Of a stretch of DNA of 32,027 bases, positions 17,703 to 24,892 are shown piece by piece. The position numbers and the translations under genes were made by a program. The stretch is taken from the NCBI GenBank assembly GCA_030018635.1, contig JASEHU010000001.1:1-32027 (forward strand). The letters are read 5' to 3'. The notes under the pieces are model-generated. The model did no database searches and was not told the origin of the DNA. It saw only the letters and a list, made by a program, of their open reading frames with translations. This stretch comes from a bacterium. GTDB taxonomy: Bacteria; UBA9089; CG2-30-40-21; SBAY01. Each line of letters begins with the position of its first letter. Position 1 is the first letter of the stretch.

Positions 17703-17939
17703 ATGGCAGAATCAGTATTTGAGAGAGTACAGAAGATTATTATAGATCAACTGGGAGTGAACGAGGGCCAGGTAGTCGCTGAGGCATCATTTGTTGATGA
17801 TTTGGGGGCAGATTCCCTGGATACCGTGGAGTTGGTTATGTCTTTTGAGGAGGAATTCGGGATAGAAATCCCAGATGAGGATGCAGAAAAGATACGCACT
17901 ATCGATAATGCTGTAACCTATATTGAGGAGCATAGTTAA
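17703..17939 (+). CDS. acpP: Acyl carrier protein
   Basis: 78-aa ORF with the phosphopantetheine attachment motif [24 protein letters not shown] lies upstream. Confidence 0.96.
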   Translation: MAESVFERVQKIIIDQLGVNEGQVVAEASFVDDLGADSLDTVELVMSFEEEFGIEIPDEDAEKIRTIDNAVTYIEEHS

Positions 17940-19210
17940 TGAAGAGGCTTGCCTCGTTGTTGAATATTAAAAATCGGGTAGTAGTTACAGGGATGGGGGT
18001 AGTTACGCCTATTGGAGTTGGCAAAGAGAAATTCTGGGAAGGTTTGGTCCGTGGCGAAAATGGTATTGGACCGATAACTTTATTTCCGGTAGATGATTAT
18101 GATTGCCGGATTGCAGGTGAGGTCAAGGATTTTGACCCCAGCCTCTACATGGATAAAAAAGAGGTGCGGCGTAGCGATAGATTTTGTCACCTGGCTATTG
18201 CCGCCGCTAAATTAGCTGTTGAAGATGCTAAGATTGACTTGCCTGGTAATGAAAACCCTGGCAATATAGGTGTTTATATCGGCTCAGGTATTGGTGGATT
18301 ATCAACAATCGAGCGTGAATATAAGGTTTTATTAGAAAAGGGACCAGGCAGGGTAAGCCCATTTGTTATCCCAAGTCTAATTATCGATATTGCCTCAGGA
18401 ATGGTTGCCATTCAATATGGTGCCAAAGGACCTAATTCTGCAGTCGTAACTGCTTGTGCCACCGGTGCTAATGCTATTGGTGATGCCTTTAGAATTATAG
18501 AAAGAGGCGAGGCAGAGGTGATGATAACTGGTGGGACAGAGGCCGCTATTACCCAGTTAGGTTTATCAGGTTTCTCAAATATGAAGGCACTTTCTACACG
18601 AAATGATGACCCCAAACATGCCTCCAGGCCATTTGATAAACTCCGTGATGGATTTATTATGGCTGAAGGGGCGGGGATAATTATCTTAGAATCACTTCCG
18701 CATGCTCAAGCAAGAAAAGCCCATATTTATGCCGAAATTGTTGGTTATGGGTTGTCCGGCGATGCCTACCATATTACTGCCCCTGCCCCTAATGGAGAAG
18801 GGGCAAGTCGGGCCATGCAGCGGGCATTACAAGGTGCTGGATTATCCCCAAAACAAATCGATTACATCAATGCCCATGGAACCTCTACTCAACTGAATGA
18901 TAAATGTGAAACTCAAGCCATTAAAACTGTTTTTGGTGAATATGCCTATTCTATTCCTATCAGCTCGACTAAGTCTATGACAGGACATATGTTGGGTGCG
19001 GCCGGTGCCGTAGAATTTATCGTCTGTTGCCTAACTATTGAAAAAGGAGTTGTTCATCCTACGATAAATTATGAATATGAAGACCCTGAGTGTGATTTAG
19101 ATTATGTGCCAAATCAGGCCAGAAGTCATGAGGTTAAAATTGCCTTATCTAATTCGCTGGGCTTTGGGGGACATAATGTCAGTTTGATAGTTAAAAAGTA
19201 TGAAGATTAA
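17939..19210 (+). CDS. fabF: 3-oxoacyl-ACP synthase II
   Basis: 423-aa ORF carrying the active-site contexts ACATGA (Cys), HGTSTQLND and GHMLGAAG (His), plus the GFGGHN C-terminal motif. Confidence 0.95.
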   Translation: MKRLASLLNIKNRVVVTGMGVVTPIGVGKEKFWEGLVRGENGIGPITLFPVDDYDCRIAGEVKDFDPSLYMDKKEVRRSDRFCHLAIAAAKLAVEDAKIDLPGNENPGNIGVYIGSGIGGLSTIEREYKVLLEKGPGRVSPFVIPSLIIDIASGMVAIQYGAKGPNSAVVTACATGANAIGDAFRIIERGEAEVMITGGTEAAITQLGLSGFSNMKALSTRNDDPKHASRPFDKLRDGFIMAEGAGIIILESLPHAQARKAHIYAEIVGYGLSGDAYHITAPAPNGEGASRAMQRALQGAGLSPKQIDYINAHGTSTQLNDKCETQAIKTVFGEYAYSIPISSTKSMTGHMLGAAGAVEFIVCCLTIEKGVVHPTINYEYEDPECDLDYVPNQARSHEVKIALSNSLGFGGHNVSLIVKKYED

Positions 19211-19304
19211 TTAAAAGTTAAAAGTTAAAAGTTAAAAGTTGAGGAAAGAGGAAAGAATTTATGATTTTCAATTCCTATATTTTTTCCTTTCTTAACTTTT
19301 AATT
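19211..19304. repeat. Intergenic hairpin with aaaagtt / gaggaaa heptad arms
   Basis: Left arm is (ttaaaag)x4 followed by ttgaggaaagaggaaagaat. Right arm is attcctatattttttcctttcttaacttttaatt. It starts immediately after the fabF stop. Confidence 0.8.
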
Positions 19305-19325
19305 ATACAAGGAGTATAAAGATTA

Positions 19326-20060
19326 ATGAATGAGACTCGAATTCAACAACTTAACGAAATGCAATCTGCCCTTAGTCTGGAATTTAAAAACATTGATTTG
19401 TTAAATCAGTCCTTGACCCATACATCTTATGCCTACGAATTAAGTAGTGACCGTAATAATGGCGGTATATTGCAGAATGAAAGAATGGAATTTCTTGGCG
19501 ATGTAGTTTTAGGTCTTATCGTCAGTGAGTATATTTACCAGAAATATCCTGATTATATGGAAGGGGATTTAGCTAAGATTCGGGCTAAGGTAGTTAGCCG
19601 ACCGATATTGGCCAAGCGGGCTAAACATTTAGAACTGGGTAAGTATCTACTTCTGGGTAAAGGCGAAGAGATAACAGAAGGAAGACACAGGCATTCTATT
19701 TTAGCCGATACTATGGAAGCCCTAATTGGTGCAATTTATTTAGATTCCGGCTTAGAAAAATCCCGCTATTTTATTTTAGCCCAATTTGAAGAAGAAATCG
19801 AAAAAATCACTGATAATGTTCATGTGCAGGATTATAAAACCGATTTTCAGGAATGGACCCAAAAGAAATTTAAAACCCTTCCTTTTTATAAGGTGATTAA
19901 TAGAGAGGGGCCTGACCATGAGCGAATTTTCGAGATAGCAGTTATGGTCAAAGGGGAAACATATGGCATAGGAAAGGGCGGAAGTAAAAAGGAGGCAGAA
20001 CAAAGAGCGGCTTACTTCGCCTTGCAACATGCAAAGGAAAGAGTGAAGAGTGAAAAGTGA
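19326..20060 (+). CDS. rnc: Ribonuclease III
   Basis: 244-aa ORF with the RNase III signature NERMEFLGDVVLG and a C-terminal dsRNA-binding domain (GPDHERIFEI...GSKKEAEQRAA). The last codons are encoded by the gagtgaa repeat. Confidence 0.95.
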   Translation: MNETRIQQLNEMQSALSLEFKNIDLLNQSLTHTSYAYELSSDRNNGGILQNERMEFLGDVVLGLIVSEYIYQKYPDYMEGDLAKIRAKVVSRPILAKRAKHLELGKYLLLGKGEEITEGRHRHSILADTMEALIGAIYLDSGLEKSRYFILAQFEEEIEKITDNVHVQDYKTDFQEWTQKKFKTLPFYKVINREGPDHERIFEIAVMVKGETYGIGKGGSKKEAEQRAAYFALQHAKERVKSEK

Positions 20061-20125
20061 AGAGTGAAGAGTGAAAAACTAAAAACTAATAATTTTCCAC
20101 TATTCACTATTCACTATTCACTTTT
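20037..20125. repeat. Hairpin with gagtgaa / cactatt heptad arms that overlaps the rnc 3' end
   Basis: Left arm is gagtgaagagtgaaaagtgaagagtgaagagtgaaaa. Right arm is ccactattcactattcactattcactttt. There is one periodic mismatch per heptad. Confidence 0.8.
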
Positions 20126-20142
20126 AAAAGGGGGAGACTAAA

Positions 20143-21297
20143 ATGAATTATTTTTTGACGGAAGAACAAGTTATGATTCGGGATTTAGCCCGACAGATAG
20201 CTGATGAAGTGATTAGACCCACAGCAGCCAAATTGGATGAGGAGGAAAAATTCCCATACGAAATAATGAAGACATTGGCCAATGCCGATTTGTTTGGTGT
20301 CTATATTCCGGAGGAATATGGTGGGCTGGGATTTGGCTGTTTTGAGTTATGCCTGGCGGTAGAGGAATTGAGTAAGGCGTGTGGTGGTGTAACAACTACT
20401 TATGCCGCCTCGGCCCTGGGGACATTTCCCATACTTTTATTTGGTAACGAGGCACAAAAGCAGAAATACCTGCCTGATGTAGCCAGGGGAACAAAATTAG
20501 CCGCCTTTGGACTAACCGAGGCTGATGCCGGCAGTGATGCCTCCGGCATACAAACTACCGCAGTTTCAGACGGTGATTACTACATCCTTAACGGCACAAA
20601 ACAATGGATTACCAATGGTGGTGAGGCGGAAATCTATGTGATTATTGCTATGACGGATAAAAACAAAGGGTCACGAGGGGCATCGGCAATTATTGTGGAA
20701 AAAGGAACACCTGGCTTTACCTTTGGTAAAAAAGAAAAAAAAATGGGTATCCGCTGTTCGGCTACGACGGAGTTAATCTTCCAGGATTGCCGGGTGCCGA
20801 AAGAAAATTTGTTAGCCAGAGAGGGATTTGGATTTATCGTTACCATGAAAACCCTTGACCGTGCCAGACCGGGCGTAGCCGCTCAATCCGTAGGTATTGC
20901 TCAAGGGTCATTGGATTTAGCGGTTAAATATGCGAAAGAGCGGGTTCAATTCGGCAAACCAATATCCTCATTTCAGGGGATACAATTTATGTTAGCCGAT
21001 TGCGCTACTCAAATAGAGGCGGCCAGGGCACTTACTTATTCTGTGGCTAGAATGATTGATGCCGGAGAAAAGGATATTTCAAAGGAGTCTGCGATGAGTA
21101 AACTTTTTGCCTCAGATGTGGCTATGAAGGTAACAACCGATGTTGTCCAGATATTTGGTGGTTATGGCTATATGCGGGAATACCCGGTTGAGAAGATGAT
21201 GCGTGATGCCAAAATCACACAAATCTATGAAGGAACTAACCAAATTCAACGCCATGTAATTGCCCTTGGATTAATCAAAGAATCCGGCTCTAATTAA
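20143..21297 (+). CDS. Acyl-CoA dehydrogenase (short/butyryl-CoA type)
   Basis: 384-aa ORF with the GLTEADAGSDASG, QIFGGYGY and IYEGTNQIQR motifs, the last including the catalytic Glu context. Confidence 0.9.
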   Translation: MNYFLTEEQVMIRDLARQIADEVIRPTAAKLDEEEKFPYEIMKTLANADLFGVYIPEEYGGLGFGCFELCLAVEELSKACGGVTTTYAASALGTFPILLFGNEAQKQKYLPDVARGTKLAAFGLTEADAGSDASGIQTTAVSDGDYYILNGTKQWITNGGEAEIYVIIAMTDKNKGSRGASAIIVEKGTPGFTFGKKEKKMGIRCSATTELIFQDCRVPKENLLAREGFGFIVTMKTLDRARPGVAAQSVGIAQGSLDLAVKYAKERVQFGKPISSFQGIQFMLADCATQIEAARALTYSVARMIDAGEKDISKESAMSKLFASDVAMKVTTDVVQIFGGYGYMREYPVEKMMRDAKITQIYEGTNQIQRHVIALGLIKESGSN

Positions 21298-21343
21298 AAG
21301 TTTTCTCAAATATAGGTCCTATAAGACTTATTATTTCAAAGGG

Positions 21344-21784
21344 GTGATGAAAATGAAGGGTTTAAAGGTAAAGGATGTTATGACGCGCGGGGTGATTACC
21401 ATTCCACAAGATGCCTCAGTCAGAGAGGCAGTGGAAATATTGGCGGATAACGATGTTAGTGGCTTAGCTGTTACTTCTGACGAAGGAGAATTGATTGGAG
21501 TCCTGTCTGAAACCGATATGGCCAGGGTAGTGAGTGAAAATATGGAAAGTGAAGAGGATTTGGGTAAGATAAGGGTTAGCGAGGTAATGGCTGCCCCAGC
21601 TATCACGGTCAATAGAGAAGATGATTTGAGAGAGGCCTGCCGGATAATGTATAGAAATAATATCCACCGATTGATAGTCCAACAGGAGGTAAAAAGGGGT
21701 GAACAAACTAAGTATTTCCCCAGTGGGATACTTTCTATTTCTGATATAGTCAAGGTATTAGCAGGCAGGAAATTACATGGATAA
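21344..21784 (+). CDS. CBS-domain pair protein
   Basis: 146-aa ORF with two CBS repeats (VKDVMTRGVITI... and VSEVMAAPAITV...HRLIV). Confidence 0.85.
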   Translation: MMKMKGLKVKDVMTRGVITIPQDASVREAVEILADNDVSGLAVTSDEGELIGVLSETDMARVVSENMESEEDLGKIRVSEVMAAPAITVNREDDLREACRIMYRNNIHRLIVQQEVKRGEQTKYFPSGILSISDIVKVLAGRKLHG

Positions 21785-21823
21785 ATTTGAGGTTAAAGAA
21801 AAAAATGTCACAAGACTGATGAT

Positions 21824-21850
21824 GTGCCTAATGTTTCGGCACACCATTTT
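21824..21850 (+). terminator. Weak candidate intrinsic terminator after the CBS gene
   Basis: gtgcc-taatgtttc-ggcac followed by accatttt. The stem is only 5 bp. Confidence 0.3.
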
Positions 21851-21904
21851 GCTACTACCGAAATAGAAAGTAGTAACCCCAATCTTCCCTTTTAAATTCT
21901 ATCC

Positions 21905-21949
21905 TCCATCTTTTAACCGCAATCTTTCAAACTAAAGTGAACCATCCCC
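21905..21949. repeat. Solo copy of the conserved ~45-nt module
   Basis: tccatcttttaaccgcaatctttcaaactaaagtgaaccatcccc is near-identical to 24841-24884 and to the reverse complement of 17494-17538. It is preceded by a degenerate pyrimidine arm (ccccaatcttccctttt) with no purine arm. Confidence 0.75.
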
Positions 21950-22044
21950 AAAAGTCCAGATTAATAATGGTTATAGAATCCAAGTTCCAATAGGGACGAC
22001 ATATTTATAGCAAGAATAATCTTCCCCTATGCCGAACTAACCCT

Positions 22045-22464
22045 TTATTGAATCTCGACTATTCTTGAAATTAATTTTCTTTTTAACCGATTTTTGGACA
22101 AATAAACTAATAAATAGGTTATGCCGGCTAATATCAGCCCGGAGGCAATGCCTATTAACTCTCCTGCCTTCTGGGAAAATCCATACCTGTTTGCCCAATA
22201 AATACCGCCTCCTATCCCACAAACAAGGGCAATAGTAGGCATGACAAAAAAGAGAATAGACCCTGTTATTCTCATGTAGGCTAAGGTTTGGAGTCTTACC
22301 TTTTGCCCTACCGAAGCCCCGATAGAGTTATCTGCCTCTAACAGTATCTTTCCCTCCTGAGTATCACATTTGTGCGAACAGTGCTCACATCTTTGTTGTC
22401 CTGCCTCAATCTGAACAGTAGCTTTGTTTCCCGCTATTGTTAGAACAATTCCCTCCTCTTCCAT
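22045..22464 (-). CDS. RseC/MucC-family (SoxR-reducing system) small membrane protein
   Basis: 139-aa ORF. The N-terminal beta-rich segment GIVLTIAGNKATVQIEAGQQRCEHCSHKC is followed by two hydrophobic helices, matching the family architecture as I recall it. Confidence 0.65.
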   Translation of the reverse strand: MEEEGIVLTIAGNKATVQIEAGQQRCEHCSHKCDTQEGKILLEADNSIGASVGQKVRLQTLAYMRITGSILFFVMPTIALVCGIGGGIYWANRYGFSQKAGELIGIASGLILAGITYLLVYLSKNRLKRKLISRIVEIQ

Positions 22465-22500
22465 ATTTTACTCCTTTGATTGCACAGGAAATTGTATTTA

Positions 22501-22581
22501 CCACGAAGGCACAAAGGCACGAAGAATTCTTTTGAATCTTCCATAAAATAATCTTTTCTTTGTGTCTTCGTGTCTTTGTGG
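22501..22581. repeat. Hairpin with cacgaagg/cacaaagg 8-nt arms
   Basis: ccacgaaggcacaaaggcacgaag faces ctttgtgtcttcgtgtctttgtgg. Confidence 0.8.
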
Positions 22582-22583
22582 TA

Positions 22584-22675
22584 GTAACCGCTCAGTGAAC
22601 GGTGGAAAGATGAAGTTGAGAGGATGAGAAGGTAAGAGGATAAGATAATCTTTCCCCCGACAACTGAGCGATTAC
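22584..22675. repeat. Palindromic element with gtaaccgctcag...TIR-like ends; pyrimidine arm largely missing
   Basis: Left end gtaaccgctcagtgaacggtgg faces right end cccccgacaactgagcgattac. The interior is a purine-rich repeat (gatgaagttgagaggatgagaaggtaagaggataag) with only ggaaagat/atctttcc pairing. Confidence 0.7.
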
Positions 22676-22683
22676 CACATGTT

Positions 22684-22831
22684 GTAACCGCTCAATAATT
22701 GGTGTAAAAAGTTGAGATTAGGTGGAGATAAAGTTGAGATTAGGTGGAGATTGGTAAAAAAAACAATAAATCTCTACCTGATCTCCACCCATCTCTACCA
22801 ATCTCTACCCCACCGTTAACTGAGCAGTTAC
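22684..22831. repeat. Palindromic element with gtaaccgctca...TIR-like ends and 22-nt tandem arms
   Basis: Left end gtaaccgctcaataattggtg faces right end caccgttaactgagcagttac. The arms are (gttgagattaggtggagat)x2 and atctccacccatctctaccaatctctacc. Confidence 0.8.
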
Positions 22832-22862
22832 AGGCAGCATGATTTTACCCACAAATTTTACA

Positions 22863-22947
22863 CGCACCCTTGGAGTGCGAAGGCTTGCCTTCGCTTTCAG
22901 CTAACGCAGTAACAAGTAAGTACGTCTGCTTGCCTACCGCACTCCAA
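22863..22947. other. GC-rich structured element with mutually exclusive stems (unclassified)
   Basis: Three pairings are possible: a long-range stem ttggagtgcg (22870-22879) with cgcactccaa (22938-22947); a perfect 7-bp hairpin gcgaagg-cttg-ccttcgc (22877-22894); and cgcac (22863-22867) with gtgcg (22875-22879). All three use nucleotides 22875-22879. Confidence 0.35.
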
Positions 22948-22967
22948 ATTGCAAAGAAAACTTTTGT

Positions 22968-23657
22968 TTAGAAATGGAATCTTGGTCCAAATCTAATCAG
23001 AAACCCACTCAGGTCTATCTCAGATGGGTCTCCTACCTTCTCACCTGCCCATTTCAAATCATCAATCTTAGCACAAAGATAGGTAATATCACCACCGAGA
23101 GTGAGTATTTTAGCGATTTTATATCCTCCTTCGATAAATAATTGGTAGCCAACGGTATCCCCTTCCATCCAGTAAAACTTCTGGGGGTCTTTACTGGTTT
23201 TATTAACCGAGGCTAGTTCAGCACATACTCCAAACAACCCTAACCCACCACCTACGGCTAAATCCCATTTATCACTCGGTAATTTTTCTTTGGGAATTTT
23301 GTAGGAGACAAGTATTCCATGGTAGCCACCGTAAAGACAAGCCACATTAGCTGCAGTCCCGACTGTCTTTTCTTTTGCACCATAAATCCCACCGCCATTG
23401 TAACCAATCTGCCAGTTAGGATTAATTTGCCAGCGAAGTGTCCCACCATTAAAGCCCAAATCCTTAATACCATCAAGTCCTAATTCTTTCTTGATGTAGT
23501 CATTGAACCTGGACATATCGGGATAGTAAATACCTATCTGTGGTCCTCCACCAAAGCCACCAACCGGACTTTCGTCTTCCTCCATATTCCCGGCTTTTAC
23601 CGATGTTGTCACCATAAGAAGCACTCCAACCACTATTAACGCTAATACCTTCCACAT
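22968..23657 (-). CDS. Small outer-membrane beta-barrel protein
   Basis: 229-aa ORF with a signal peptide (MWKVLALIVVGVLLMVTTSVKA). The body is Gly/Tyr-rich with alternating hydrophobicity. The C-terminus RFGPRFHF ends in Phe, a typical OMP sorting signal. Confidence 0.7.
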   Translation of the reverse strand: MWKVLALIVVGVLLMVTTSVKAGNMEEDESPVGGFGGGPQIGIYYPDMSRFNDYIKKELGLDGIKDLGFNGGTLRWQINPNWQIGYNGGGIYGAKEKTVGTAANVACLYGGYHGILVSYKIPKEKLPSDKWDLAVGGGLGLFGVCAELASVNKTSKDPQKFYWMEGDTVGYQLFIEGGYKIAKILTLGGDITYLCAKIDDLKWAGEKVGDPSEIDLSGFLIRFGPRFHF

Positions 23658-23674
23658 TTTTTATCACCTCCTTT

Positions 23675-23728
23675 GAGATTTTGGATTTTAGATTTTGGAT
23701 TGAGAAAAGATTTCAATCCGCAATCCCC
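23675..23728. repeat. Hairpin with gattttg heptad arm
   Basis: gagattttggattttagattttggattgag faces caatccgcaatcccc. It lies directly upstream of the OMP gene RBS. Confidence 0.65.
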
Positions 23729-23887
23729 AACTATATTTATTAAGTAAGCAAATCTTATGCCAGGACAGGTTGAATCTTTTATATCCATAGTATTTATGAG
23801 GAATCAGGTGATTTTAATAAGTTTTAAACATGGGATTAGCTGTCAGTTTTTTATGACAGAAATAGGTAGGAAGTGTCATTTTTATAA

Positions 23888-24009
23888 GTGAATAGTGAAT
23901 AGTGAATAGTGAATAGTGAATAGGAAATAGGAAATAGCTAATATTTCCTCTTCATTCTTCACTATTCACTATTCACTTTTCACTATTAACTATTCACTTT
24001 TCACTTTTC
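23888..24009. repeat. Hairpin with gtgaata / ggaaata heptad arms that overlaps the 3' end of the DUF3108-like gene
   Basis: Left arm is (gtgaata)x5 followed by (ggaaata)x2. Right arm is tttcctcttcattcttcactattcactattcacttttcactattaactattcacttttcactttt. Confidence 0.8.
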
Positions 24010-24728
24010 TTACACAAATAGGCGCTCAATAATCCTGCCTCAGTTTTTACCGCAATCTTAACCGGAGTATGTGTTTTATCGGTAGCAAACCAAATAACAA
24101 TATCTGTCTCTGCACCAACTTGTTTGGCCATTAGGGCTGTAAAATTCCCATAAGGTGTGGTCATCTTTTCTTCTTTAACTATCGCTACCTTAACCTGTTC
24201 TGTTCCAGACCTGGTTAATAGATTAAAATTATATAAATTCCCAACCTTCAACTCTTGATTTCTCAAATAATAGATTAAAGAAAGCGAATCTAAGGTATTG
24301 GCGGTAATATTTATCTCTTTAGTTTCTTGATTTTGTTTATTGAAGATGGTCGCCTTTTTATTGGTTTGGTTCACTGAAAATTCATAGTGTCTACGATATT
24401 TTCCTCTATCAATATCCGTTATTGTCCGCACTGGAAGTAGATTTGAGGTTCTTACCCAACTATCTATTTGTTCTGACAGGTAATAAAATTTTGAAAAAAA
24501 AGGATTGGTTTTAATCTCTGATTTGAGGTGATAGGTTTCCTCTGTATTTATTATCTCTTTCCCGAGCACCTGGTCTATTTGAGTTCCTATTTTAAACCCT
24601 AATAGTCGAACCTCGTAAGTAAATTTTTCACCTACACAAACAAAATCTTCCTGGGCAAAAACAATAGGAGTAATTAAAATAAATATGCTTATCAAAAATA
24701 TTCTTATACCGGAATGATTTATTTTCAT
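23994..24728 (-). CDS. DUF3108-like secreted/periplasmic protein
   Basis: 244-aa ORF with a signal peptide. GEKFTYEVRLLGFKIG near the N-terminus, DSLSLIYYLRNQELKVG in the middle and a VIWFATDKTHTPVKI C-terminal motif match my recollection of DUF3108. Confidence 0.6.
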   Translation of the reverse strand: MKINHSGIRIFLISIFILITPIVFAQEDFVCVGEKFTYEVRLLGFKIGTQIDQVLGKEIINTEETYHLKSEIKTNPFFSKFYYLSEQIDSWVRTSNLLPVRTITDIDRGKYRRHYEFSVNQTNKKATIFNKQNQETKEINITANTLDSLSLIYYLRNQELKVGNLYNFNLLTRSGTEQVKVAIVKEEKMTTPYGNFTALMAKQVGAETDIVIWFATDKTHTPVKIAVKTEAGLLSAYLCKKSEK

Positions 24729-24754
24729 CGTCTCTCCTGTGATTTTAAAATACT

Positions 24755-24884
24755 GAAATTAGAAATTGGAAATTAGAAAACAGGACTTCTCGTTTCCTCT
24801 CTCTCCCCACAGTTTCTAATTTCCAATTTCTAATTTCAACTCCATCTTTTACCCGCAATCTTTCACACTAAAGTGAACCATCCC
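24755..24884. repeat. gaaatta heptad hairpin plus right-hand 45-nt module
   Basis: Left arm gaaattagaaattggaaattagaaaa faces right arm ccccacagtttctaatttccaatttctaatttc. The module tccatcttttacccgcaatctttcacactaaagtgaaccatccc follows. Confidence 0.8.
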
Positions 24885-24892
24885 AGAACCTT

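Noticed and set aside
951-24837. The purine-rich arm is always on the left of the plus strand whatever the gene direction. I first read this as a replication-strand orientation bias.
   Set aside because: A purine-arm-then-pyrimidine-arm hairpin reads the same way after reverse complementation, so it carries no strand information. Only the polarity itself (purine first, never pyrimidine first) is a real observation.
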